Shown here in pieces: positions 11,951 to 24,735 of a stretch of DNA of 64,000 bases. Position 1 is the stretch's first letter. Each line of letters starts with the position of its first letter. The translations under genes were made by a program, and so were the position numbers. The notes below the pieces were generated by a model. The model was given only the letters and a program-made list of their open reading frames with translations. It was not told where the DNA came from and ran no database searches. Source of the DNA: Dimorphilus gyrociliatus (lineage: Eukaryota > Animalia > Annelida); assembly GCA_904063045.1 (NCBI GenBank), contig CAJFCJ010000002.1, forward strand, positions 1,448,422 to 1,512,421. The letters are read 5' to 3'.

Positions 11951-13068
11951 ATCTGCGTGGTGGAGCGGCTGTCGGGAGAAATGCCGGAGATTTTCAAGAT
12001 GGCGCCAATGAATATGGACAAACCAACAATGAACTTTAAATTTTAATATGTACTCACCTTTCACTCTATTTTTGCCTATAAAGCAATCCGATGTTTGTAA
12101 AACTGCCAGTTATTCGCAATTGTATCGGAAATAGGCAGTTGAAACAAGATAAACAAGCTTCCCGTAGAGGGCGCAACGAATGGCGTCGTTATGTCGCAAG
12201 CGCCACATAGCGGAGGATGTAGCCCTGCCAACACGTGACTTGCCGAGTACCTATTCATTAATATTCATGTTTACAACCGCGAAAAAATAAAAGTGTGCGC
12301 TTTCTGATTCTACAGGTGTATTAGGTGTATTATTAACAATATGGAAGCAATTGTTCGATTGCGCTTGCTTGATGATGAGATCAAAGCATGATTCAAGAAC
12401 TAACACATATGATTAATGAGAAAGTTGAGAAACGGTTCGATTACACATGTGTAATATATTTTTACGAAAAACATAATTTGAAGAAAAATTCGTAGAGACT
12501 CGACCGCTTACAAGCAACCAATTCCTTAATGGCAAGTAAACGAAAAAAAAAAATTTCTTTCATATATATATATATATATATACATATATGTAATATAATA
12601 TATATATAGGTATATATGTACATCCATACATACATAAATATATATATATATATATATATGTCTATATATACATTTACGTATGTATACGTTAAATAAGTAT
12701 ATAGCACAAATTGAAAGGAATAGACACTTGTCAGTCTACACAACGCATAGATTAATAAAATTAAAAAAAATGTACAATTATGTAGCATATCGTTCTCACA
12801 TCAAAATTATGCCTACTAACACACCCACTCACAGAACATTGGCGGTTTAATATATAAATATACAATTCTCTTATATAAATTATGAATTAGTAAATCAGTA
12901 ATAAAGAATCGTATCACAGGCTTAGCAAACAATACATAGGCTTTGAAAAAGAAGAGAAAACACTACAGTACAATATAACATAGGTCGGCTGGGGAAATGC
13001 AGCTTTGCTAGTTGAATGCATCGCAATTATACGCTACGTAATAACGGGATTATATCACCATCTTATTT

Positions 13069-16000
13069 TCAGCACGGTTTCACGACATTGTTGTTAGCCA
13101 CCGATAGTTTATCGTCCTGAGACAGTTCGTCTTCCGTAGCTTCATGCGTATTAGCGAAATCTTTGCTAGACATCAACTTCTGTCGAACCTCACGGATCTT
13201 TAGCTGCAGCGTCGGTTTATTTTTGAACAACTCTTGGTGCTCTTGAAAGAACTTCGTCGTCACTTTATCTGTAAAAGAATTTATCGATTCTTGTAAATAT
13301 TTTAAATTTTATAGGGTAAAATAACGAATCTTATTGGTTTAAATTGTTAATGTAAAAAGTAATCGAAAGGAAAATTATTACCATCGGGATACCAGCCGTG
13401 TTCTTCAAATAATTCTGTAACTAGTTGGCGCCTCTTATCCAAAACCCTTCGTAAGCTGTTGCCCGCTCCAGGTGAACACGGTGTCTTTGGTGTTCTTGGT
13501 AAGGATTTTCCATCATCGTCATGAGCTCTTAACTCGGCCATGGGATCCTTAGCATTAAAGTTTTTACCGAAGAAGTGGCGGGTATCACCGTCCTCGTTAT
13601 TATTATTATTATTGACGGCAGAACGGGGCGTTACCGGTGTTTGGCAGGCAGAAGAATCTTGATCATGCGAGTCTGCACCGGTTGCCGACAGCAGATCTAT
13701 TTCAAAACAATCACTATTAATGGTTTCCATTCGAATCACCAACTTACAACATACCGAGAGATGGTTTACTTTTCTTGCGCAGGCTGTTAGCCAGCAAGCG
13801 GGGGCTTCTTGGTAAATTCGCTCCGGATTCTGTATTCAATGGTTTGAATTGGGGCAACTTTTCGAATTGCTTTCCAAAATTAACGGAATCCAGAACTCTC
13901 TCAGTGTTTTCATTTATGGATCGTTTCAAAGGTCGTTTAGGGCTATCAGTAACCTGTATCGGGGGAGGTATGGGTTTGCTTTTATATAGTTTTCCTTCCT
14001 CTTCTTTTCTTTCACCTTCGTATCGTTCTATTGTATGGTTAATACAATTATTTATCTGCAGCATCTAAAAAAGTTACGAATGGTTTAGAAACGAGGCCAA
14101 AAGAAAAAAAAAGCTTTTTTCTTACTTGACTAGAAGCGATATCGCTTTCTTCCGTCGAATTAGAAACGTTACTTTTTACAGTCGCGTAAGTACTTTTCCT
14201 TTCTTTCTTAAATGGCTTTAAGCCATGTTCGGCAACGATCTCCTTATATCGCTTGCCTTTGCAAGCTCTATGCAAGCGTTTATCCGTTTCATCACCAGTC
14301 GAAGCAGCCTCGTCTGAACTAGTCTCACTCTGTGTAGCATCAGAAGCCGTGAAGTGTACTTGTTGCCCATAAGCTGGCGAACTGACAGACTTGATCGATT
14401 GCAAGGAATCTTGACCGCGGCTATTCGATTTGTCGAGTGGAGCACCAGAGATTGCTACTGTCCTAGGAGACGGATCGGCAACGGGTATCGTAGCTAGCGT
14501 TGCGCGAACTCTGTTCGATTTATCAGCCTCGTCACAGCTCACAAATCCGATGCTTGTCTGCTTTGCCAGTATCGACCGATCATTTTTTACTGTACATGTA
14601 AATAATAAAATGTTAACTTTCAAAATAGACTGATATTCTACTCTTTACTTACAAACTGGATCGAACATTCCATTCTGTTTAGGCAATAGTAGACGAGTGC
14701 TGGGTAATGATATTTGCGAGTTGCCTTGGTCTGTAACTTGTTATTAAACAGTTAGTCAAGATACCTGAGCTGTAGAGAAAGAAAACTTACTGCTTGCTGA
14801 AGGAACTAAAGCATATGCTTGCACTTTTTGATTTTTGACTGTATTTTGTTGTGTCGTTCTACTGCTATAATTGTCTATTATTAAACAATACAAGAATTTA
14901 TGCTATAAATGATACCTAGGAGAGGACGGTTTAGTTGCAGATGGGACAGTTGAACTGACAGGTGGCTGTCGTTGGGAGGAGCTCTTGTTCATCAATAGTT
15001 GCTGAACAAATTGTTGATTATTGTTGCTTGGTACTAAAAGAAATAGGGGAATAATATTGGTATTACTTTAGAAAAATTAAGTTTCCGAATAATCCTACCT
15101 TGCTGACTGACCGCTTGAATTGCAGTTGATTTAAATCCGGTCGGTAATAAGGTTTTTGGTTCGTTGTTATTGTTATTGGGAGATTGAACTTGGACCTGAC
15201 GAGGATAAAACAATAAAGTAAATACATTTAATTGTCTATATAGTGAAATTAAAGTACCTGGTCGTTAGCGGCTACTATTTGAATATTAGCGGCCTGTAAA
15301 TTAGACAGCTGCAGGATATTCGGCACCTTACCGTTAGTGCCGTTAGGAGAATGCTGTAAAATGGACGGAAGAAGATATTGAACGGGTTGGCGAGATTGAG
15401 ACAAAACAGGTGTCGTCGCGGGTGTTGTTTGGATCTAAATGAACGAATACTTTGACAACCTTGGATATTTGATTTTGCAAGTATTGCCTACCAAATGAAC
15501 TGTAGCCGCATTTGCGCCACCCACTCCTACCGTTGCCGATTCGGTAGCAGCTGGTTTAATCTGGAGCAAGTTACCAAGGTTTGAATTAATGAGGACAGGC
15601 TGAAGCAGGTTAGTTGCCTGTTTATTATCTGTTGCAATGGTACCCGGGGCTTGCGAAACTAATACATAGTGCTGAGCTGGCTTAGATGTATCGTTAGTGC
15701 ACGAGGAGGTTTGGGTAGCAGGAGCTATATTTCTTAGGCCACTAGGATACACAGCGTTGACCTGTTGCTGCTGATGTTGCTGGCGTTGGGGTTGCTGTTG
15801 ATGGTGCTGCTGCTGCTGATGGTGGTGATGGGAATGATGATGATGCAAATTCTGTTGCTGCTGATGGTGCTGATGCTGCAAATGTTGTTGTTGCTGTTGT
15901 TGTTGTTGTTGCTGTTGCTGCTGATGCTGTTGCTGGAAGAGGATAGGTGCTGACGTAGAATTTGAAAGATTCGGGACATTTATCGCTGGCATAATAATTG

Positions 16001-19000
16001 TGTTCGACTGCAGGGGCTTCAACGTTGACGATACAGAATCAGAACCAGTTGTTACAGCATTAATATGCCGAGCATCCTTATTAAATCCCTGAGGCATCAT
16101 TTTCTGGGCACCCTTTGTCCGCACTGGAGACGATATCTTACTAATAAAATGTTGACTGGACCCAATTTGGTTAAATTGTTCAGTTTCAGTCGTCCTTATA
16201 AGTCCTCCTCTATGATTTTCTGACGGCCTCATGTGAACTTGTTGTAAAGTGCGAATTTGCTTTGGGCCATGTGATTGATTTTTTTGTAAGAGGCTTGAAA
16301 CAGTTTCACTAGGTTTCCTTTGCGCATCATTCAATAATTCACTTGATCGAGGTTTAAAAACTGCTCCCGTCGGCTGGAATTGAGTAATCCCAGTTGGCAG
16401 CATATGAGACGTTGGCGGTGAAACGTCGTATTTCTTAATCGGCTTTGGTTTCAGTGTATTGTCATCTGTTGTGTGACGGACAGAGAATTGCCTTCTTTCA
16501 GTCATCTCGTCGTCTATAAGAAAGTACAATTTATAATAATCGTTAGCGTTTTAGAGAAATTAAAATTGTTTTAATAGCGTACCAGAATCAGATACGTGTT
16601 CAGGACAAGTTAGATCAGGTGCATCATCTGTTGTTTCAGACATTTGACGCGATCTACGTTCCTGCTCCTCTCGTTCCTTGGCAACGTCGGCAGCCGCTTC
16701 TAATTCTTTGTCATCTGAGTGAGAAGAAAATAGTAAAGTGATACCAGGCGGCGGCTGAAAAGTAATTTGTAACATACTACTCGTTTCGTCTGGCGGCATG
16801 TTCTCACAAATAACCATCTTACTCTCCTCGTCTGTATCCGTTTCTGAATCGTCAATCTGTTAGCAAGCATTTCATTTAGAGAAAACAGACAGATAAATTA
16901 AATTACTTTCCACGCATTGTTACTAACCTTTTTGGTATAAATCTGCTCATCTTTCACCTGTCAACGAGAAAGATGCAATTAGTTTCGCGTTTATTTTAAT
17001 TGCAACTACAGAATTTCGTTAAACGTGATGTGGCATAGCCGATGGTCGATTTATCCGAAACTATTGTAGAATATTTTATATTGATTTTCTACGGATTGGT
17101 AAGACAACCAACCCAAAATTGTTTAGATATAAATTATTGTTCCCATACAACCAGAATTTATATTAACATAGCGTGACTGAATGTCATCAGTCAGCAGTGG
17201 CGTATAAATTGATAATTGAGATAAAAGGTAACGCATTTTTATGATTTATCAATGAACATGAGAAAAAGATGGATAACAATGAAAAAGCTATATACGTACG
17301 TCATTGGTTGAGTGCACAAGATCGCCCGATAAACTATACGATCTTGTCAGATTAGAGGTGGTATCTTGATTAATACCTGCAAAAATTTGTGTTAGTGATC
17401 GATTGAAAAGGAAAAAAAAAATTTATATATTACCATTAAGCGATTCTAATCGCTTGGCTTTTTCTGTAGCAGTGACAGTTGAATCGCCGGTGGATTTTTT
17501 CCTCTCTTTGCTACACCATTTCCAGTCGGGATGAGCATTAAAATGGGCTTGCTTGATCTGAGTTGCTAGTTCATGATATCGACGTTTTTCTTCGGCTCCT
17601 AAAGAGTACCACCATTCCCCTAAAATTTTCGATACAGTACGATTGTCTTGATTTGGGTTTCTCTCATGGACTATTGGCCGATGTCTTTTACTAAATATCA
17701 TAAATGCGTTCATTGGTCTTCTGATATGATTTTTCCCCTGCTTTTCTTTCTATAAGGACAAAGAAATCTTTGTAGAATAAAATCAATACGTGCCGATCAA
17801 ATCGTGAATAATGTATCGAAATGACTGTTCTAAAATAGTTCAAACGAAGAATATAGCAATAAAATTAGCCATAGAACAAAGCAGATAAATTCAGCTATAC
17901 AATATTATATAGATATGTACAAAAATTAACCTTCTTTTTATCTTCTTTACCGATTGTTAGTAAAGCGCTTAAACTCTGACTTCTTCTTTTTTCTCCTCTA
18001 GATGTATTATTGGCGTTAGACGAGTCATTATGAGAAGTGTAAAAAACATCATCATCGTCGTCTGCTGGAGGCTTTGTGGGAGGATTGTCTCTACCACCAC
18101 CATTTCCATCATCTGGCTTTCCTCTATCTGGTCCGCCTCCTGATCCTTTTCCGTGATCCGTATTGCCACCATCTGGTCCACCGTAATCATCATCATCTTC
18201 TGGGGCTTTTTCCGTTCCCGGTTTATAAATAGGAACAACATTATGCCATTTATATACTCGGACGCTTTCGTCGTTCGAACCGGTTGCTAAAACATTCTCA
18301 CCCAAGCAACCTAAAGGGAGTGAAAGTAATACGGATCATTAAACACTTCACCATGATGGGAATAATTTTAGTTGTTAGTGAGTGCGTGCGTTAAACGCAA
18401 TAAACGCATCTGGCGCTACTTGAAATGCATGTTTTAAAGTGGACCGCCGTACAATAAATACATACATTTCGCTGAGTTTCGAAATCAATACTCGTTCGAT
18501 CAAAGTTAAAAAAAAAGGTGAAGGCCAGTTAGCAAAGAAAAACAAGAGGTCAAAGGCCAAAGCTTTACGACCACATCACTCCGGTGGAAAATTAATTTTC
18601 GGGTGGCTGATAATCCAAGGTTGGGTTTTTCGGTTAATACGGGAACCAAAACTGTTAAAACTGACCTTGACCTTGACTAGCGGTCTCATTGCGATGCAGT
18701 GGAAATAGTGAATACCACGGCGTCTTTACAACTCGGTCGTCGTTCTCTGCCAATCAGAGTTATTATGCGAGATATGTGTAAAGCGTGTTGTAGTATGTGT
18801 GTATGCTACGTACAATTCCGCTTCACTAATTGGCGCAACGGAATGCCAATGCAGTTGTCAGTGTACGCAACGCGGCAAAAAAGTCTAAGGCATGACTTCG
18901 CCCATTCTTGTTAGATCGTTGTAGCGCGCAGCTGGAAATTAGGTAAACTAAGCGATCACGTGACCCGTACAAAAGACTACGATTGGAGGGCACAGAGTGA

Positions 19001-21151
19001 CGTCAGGCTGGAATTCCCAGGCACTGGGAGAAGTTTGGTACACGATTCGGTCTGGTGACCGATTAGCACTTTGTTCGTTTATAGAAGCGGCACCCATCAA
19101 TTTTTCCAGGGGTCTCAACAATATTTTGCGCGCTACTTTAACAATGAAAAAACGAGGCGCAATTTTAAAGCTTACCTTTCTTCTCGTTTAATTCCCCCTC
19201 CTCTTCCTGCTTAATCGAACTTCCATTAGGCGCGTTCGAAACGTTTTGTTGATTGCTCGACAAACTAAGAGTTCCCGTATTTGTCATTTCCGGTTTCGAG
19301 CTAGATGCAGCAGCTGGAATTTTCATGACCGGAAGCAACTGCGTAGCAAGCGTTCGACGTTCAGCGTTGTTGGAGGCAGGGTATATATCATTTGACCGTT
19401 GTTCTGATTGTTCGTTGCCGCTAAAAGTGTAACGGTGGGCTGGATAGTTAGGTTGGTTCTTCATTAGAACAGAATTGCTTGGTTGAGGTGCAGTTGATTG
19501 ATATAATCTAGGTGAACTAGTCCTTCTGTTAGAATTGGCTGGTGAAGCAGGAGGTTCCCTGAGCGATATAAGAGTATCAGCTGCATCTCTTTCGTCAAAT
19601 GCTGTAGTAGCAGGAGACACTAGAGGATGATGCGACGGCAAAAAATGAGGGTTTTGATATTCTTCTGTTTGTTCCCAATGCTCAATATCACGTCTGGGAT
19701 AACTAGGTCCCGAAAGTGGATTTCTTAGTGACTTGCCCTTTTGCGATAAATGACGCGAACAGTAACCGCGTCGTTGCGACTCTTTCGTGCAGCCGTCTTT
19801 CGAGCATAAACGTCTCCATTGTTTGCCGTTGAACTTTTTACGTATTCCATTAGACGTTGAGACAACGTCACCCTTTTTGTACTTTTGCTGTTCCTTAGCC
19901 GAAGCCATCGAACTCTGATTATAAGATGAATTGACAGTGACAGGGGATTTTGGTGTACTGGCTCGAGATCTGCAACGTAAAAATGCAAAGTACTTGGTAA
20001 ACAATTATAGATTTTATTCAGTCTCAGTATAAACAATAGTGCCAGCCCGTCTGATATTTTATAGAGAACCGCATTTATTATTAGAGTGAACACTTTGAGC
20101 GTGAACAGTGGAAGCGCAATATTGATCTATAAAGCCAGCACTATAGGCAAGGCTATTCATAAAAGAAAGCAAGAAAAAATAGTAAATGTATGCATATATA
20201 CCCTGTTGCTGTCTCTGTAGCACTACTGATTCGATTTCGATTTTTCAAATTTGATGAATTATCTTCAGATAATAAAGCAGTTTGGGGGGGTACATGTAGA
20301 GCTGGTGTAACACTTCCAGAACGCGGTGTCACGGGTGACACTCCACCGCTGGATTCCACCATGCTGGAACTACTTTGAGCAGAAGCATTGGTCGAACTTG
20401 AGCCTCCAGGTGAAGTTCTAGTTGCTGCTGTTGGCCTCGAGTAGCTATGTTGCCTAACGTATTGCTCCAATTCTTCATGCCAGGGTGGCTTAATGAGCCG
20501 TAAGGCTGGTTTACTTACCAAAACGGACGTAGTGTTACGATCTGGGTGTTTATTGTCAAAAACTACATGAAACTGCAGACTGTTGGCAGCACCAGTTTGC
20601 TGCTTGGACTTTTCTATTATTTTCCCGGGAATGTAGACACTATTGTCTCTAACGCATACTGAACTACCTATTTGAAGTTGTGACATAGATGGAAAGTCAT
20701 CGCTGATTATTTCTACGTTGTTTACTGACAAGACCTTGTCATAAGTGACGAACTCATCCGAATGCTCCAGTTGTACGACGATGCTCGTCTGATTGAGTAC
20801 GTTCTTTATAACAGCTGGTCTGTAAACTCCATTTCTTTTAACTAAAACCCTTCCGTCCACCCATTCGTTCAAGTGTAGACACCTACTTTGAGGCATCTCT
20901 TCTGTTTCATTTGTTACAGGTTGTTGTTGCTGTTCTGTTATTTCTATATTGTTAGTTATGTCGTTTGTTCTCCTCTTTTTAGGTGGTTTTGCAATTTCTC
21001 GAACAGCCGTCGCAGGAGGGGGGCCATCAGCAACTTCTTCTCCATTCCTTCTTGTCCTAGAGGAAAATCTTGTTTTTCTTCTGTCCCCTTCACAGCTACT
21101 GGACGAGCCGACGCTATCTCGTCTCTGCCGTCTTCCACTACCCGACTTCAT
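13069..21151 (-). CDS. cic: Capicua, long isoform (HMG-box repressor)
   Basis: CIC-L N-terminal region ([23 protein letters not shown]; [47 protein letters not shown]), ATXN1-binding-type motif ([11 protein letters not shown]), [13 protein letters not shown] box ([31 protein letters not shown]), KMVICE and [11 protein letters not shown] (C2-like), and C1 domain ([35 protein letters not shown]). Multi-exon; the internal small exons are approximate. Confidence 0.96.
15763..15935 (-). repeat. CAG/CAA/CAT trinucleotide tract encoding poly-Gln/His in Capicua
   Basis: Direct read of (TGC/TGT/TGA)n on the + strand; translates to [21 protein letters not shown]. Confidence 0.9.
18660..19005 (-). promoter_or_regulatory. 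Putative internal (CIC-S) promoter within a cic intron
   Basis: TGACGTCA 18998-19005, GATCACGTGAC 18954-18964, CCAAT boxes near 18750, 18828 and 18982, and TGACCT-TGACCT-TGACTA 18662-18679. Lies just 5' of the exon carrying the ATXN1-binding motif, where short isoforms begin in flies and mammals. Confidence 0.5.
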
Positions 21152-22482
21152 CGTCGCAGCCGTTGCTACCGTCTTTCCGTCATACGTATGTTATATATAT
21201 GAATATATTTTTATCTGTAGAAAATATAAGAGCATGAAAATCTATGCCTCTTTCTATTGATCATGTGATTCGATTTCGATACTGTGATGTACTGTATACA
21301 TAAACGCCAACACATAAAGTATAAAAAAATGGGACAAATTTATCTATATATATACTGTATACGCATATTTAGAAAAGTATATTTATATGAAGGTAGGTAG
21401 ATAGATAGATAGATAGATATATAGATATTTATGTCTATAAATATATACTAAATATTATAAACGTATTTATAAATACATTTCCAACTTCAAAATCTATTTG
21501 TATGTATAGACGTACGCCTATTCACGTGTATGTATAGTTCGACTGTACTCAGTCAAACACAGATTGTTAAGGAGTAAAGTGAAGACACGCAGTCACATAA
21601 CATTTTACTGATATTTGTAATGAATACAATTTTTTTCAATATCACTGAGATAAGAGCTCTGACCAACTATCGTTGCTCCTTTCCATTCCACTAATGGCCT
21701 GTAAGCCTAGCGTTTTACATAATTAAGAAAAGCGGGATGTGTTTTTCAAAGTCGCCGATTGATTGCATCGACCGCGTTCGTGTTTTAGCGCAAACACAAA
21801 GCACTGAAGCCGCGTTTGACACCGTTCAGCTGATCTACTCAATACACCTTGGCAACATTCCCTAGTTTCGCGCTATCTGCATAATCAATCAGCAAAGTTT
21901 CGGGCCTACTATCCTTCGGCGACGTGCATCCAGGCACCGATTCCTACAACGGCCAACGAATTCATCTGGGACAATGATATCCTCTCAAAAGGGTAGAGCT
22001 AATGTCTATCTATCTTTTTGACTACTTACCGGCTGATCAAACGCCGCTGGAAGGTGAAAATTTGCGGAAAATGTAGAATTCTCGTAAAGACGCAATGCTC
22101 GTCAGCACAATTGGTTGAATGAGTGCTGAGACTACGCAAACTCCGATCAACCACGAATGGTGATTCGTTGCTTGAGTCACGTGTACTGTTTTAAATAATA
22201 ATGAATATTCAAAACCAACATGTCCGCTGTAGCAGCTGATGGGTTTGTACGTAAAACTGCAAAGTACGTTTGAACTACTCAAACTCACCGATTAAACTTT
22301 CGATAATCGGTTTTCACTGACCGATTCAGACGAGATTTTAACAAGAATGACAGTATTCCTAGTTGCATTAAACTGTAAATTGTCAAAACTCATAGCTGAT
22401 TACGTATGCGAACCGAACAAAGAAGGCTAATGAATATTAATTAAGCTTGGAAACATGTTTGAAATTCCACAAACACTCTCCA

Positions 22483-22528
22483 CCAATAGACATCGGCTAT
22501 CCCCAAGCCTGACGTCATCGATCACGTG
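22483..22528. promoter_or_regulatory. CCAAT, CRE and E-box cluster upstream of cic
   Basis: CCAAT 22483-22487, TGACGTCA 22510-22517 and GATCACGTG 22520-22528. Confidence 0.45.
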
Positions 22529-23723
22529 CTCCACGTATTTTATTTTTATTTTATACTTTTATGCACGATATGTCGAATACACGAACAGTTTTTTACTCTC
22601 TGGGTCCCTTTACCTACTAAACTGAACAATCGAACTCTATACAAACACATGCCGTAACATTCGAACATTCACACAGCGCAGATAAAGAAATATAGGCCTA
22701 AAAAACAAAGCGTGCGCGTACGAAATGGGAATGGCATGTTCTTGCGGGAAGTTCTCTTCCCAACAATTAATGTCAAGGTCAGCTAGGCCGACTTCGTTCA
22801 TCGATTTCCTCTACTCTCTCTATCACTCACATACCAGCTTAAAAACCTCAAAAATATCCTACTACATTTAACAGAACACAGTTACTATACGTACCACAGT
22901 GTGATCTTTCGCAAAAAAAAAATCAATTTCTAATCAATAGCGCAATCGGCTCGTCTTATCAGTTAATGATTTACGAACACCACGACAACCACCTTTCGTA
23001 ATGTAAACTTTGCCTAGTACGTCGATCGATTATCGTCTAATGAATAACGAGTTCTGAAGCAGGTAAACTCTGAAGTTGGACATCCCCACTTCAATTTTAT
23101 GAAAACGCACGTGGCGTTTCATAATTTAGACGCTCAAGCGTGAAAGATAAGAGGACGCATCGGAAGAGACAGCTGTGCATGCCTAGCAGCAACTGCTCTA
23201 CTAATTTGCAAGTCACGCCTATCAGCTCGGGGTCTGACAATAAGGCAGTTTCTAAAGCTGCCTAATACCTCCTTCTCTACTATCCGATTACCTTCGTTTT
23301 CAGCGCCCTCTGCCGACGGTTCAAAGTAACCTCAAAATTTATGAAGTAACGTATACTATGTAAACTATATACAGCAAGCAGCTGTTCGTATAGTATATAT
23401 AATCTGAAAAACAGACCTTCCTGCATTTAATCAGAGGCGTCTAAAAGACGACATATAAACGTATAAAACTAAGTAAAATGATGCAGCCTAATCCCTCGGC
23501 AATTCGTTGAAATATAAATGATTGCGTCTCGTCTCTATAGTTTCTTACTCCATTTCTTAGGCACATAGGAAAAAGAATTACAGACCGCGTAAAAGCTATA
23601 TGATACGCTTGGTTAGAAATACAGCAGTATAGTCGAATATGAAGAGAGTATATATCATTTATACAAACAAATATATACTTTATATACATGTATATATACC
23701 CTACGCATCATTTATATCATGTA

Positions 23724-23759
<36 letters not shown>

Positions 23760-24735
23760 TACGGTATGTGTTGAATCAGAATTGTGGTAAACGACGTAGA
23801 CAATATACTATTCATAAGCTAAAGTCATTTAGACTGAATTGTGGAGCGTGCCGTCCAAATCCCACAACGATTTCGAACGCATTATATAAACCTGTGGCGA
23901 TTCCTCCTCTAATTCGACTACTTCCTGTTCTTCCTTCAGCCGAAGTGCCTTGTTCGGCACGCATCTCCGTTCCAATCGATTAACGGCGACGTGCAATGTG
24001 CTTTCAATTGGTTTACTAAATATGGAAATTTTACAATTTACAACTGTATATCTTTATTTCACCAGTATTTTGGTAGAATTGTAAAAGGTCTTGAGTAATA
24101 TTATAAAAAGAGCTGGCTCTTTCTTTTTTAATCCAATAAAAGAAAAGTAACACCACCAAATTTTAAGGTACGGAGCGTCATAAACAGGTGTAAAATAAAT
24201 AATAGCAAGCGTCTCTATTGTGAAGTATTTGACATGGCCTTAGCGTGTTCTTTTTCTTCAGAACAAGCAATTGTATAGTAAAAATATGACGAGTATGGAA
24301 AAGATAGACTACGATAAAGGGTATAACTCCTTCAATTTTCTACAGATTAATATCTTATATATAAAATCGATTCTTTCCCCCTCGTCTTTTCTTCAATCCA
24401 AAGTCTATCACGACGCTTCGTACAATAACTGACTGTCAAGGACGATCGATGAATAATAGACGTGAAGCGTTCAACCGGGACAACCTTATAACTCTAAAAA
24501 TATTCGTCCCCAATTAACAGTTAAGTCAGTAAACCAATAATGTGAATAATAAGGACAGGCTTACTAATTTTCTTCTAAGCTGTACTATCGGTCAGATCAA
24601 CAAGACGTTATTTTTAGACTATTTTAAGGTGGGGTTTTACTCCGGGATATTGAATGGGTTGGCTGAACGCAAATATTCCCGCTATGAATAATTATACTTG
24701 GTTAGGCCACATACGTAATATTGAGTAAAGCAAGA

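Noticed and set aside
12462-12788. 108-aa ORF rich in Y/I/T
   Set aside because: Product of (TA)n and (TATG)n microsatellites in the cic 3' region.
15734-15979. Poly-Ser/Asn and poly-Leu ORFs
   Set aside because: Alternative frames and the antisense strand of the Capicua poly-Q tract.
17895-18305. WD40-like string [15 protein letters not shown]
   Set aside because: It is a capicua exon containing the ATXN1-binding motif; no other WD repeats are present.
23441-23983. ORFs spanning a (TA)n tract
   Set aside because: Low-complexity and microsatellite-derived, with no family signal.
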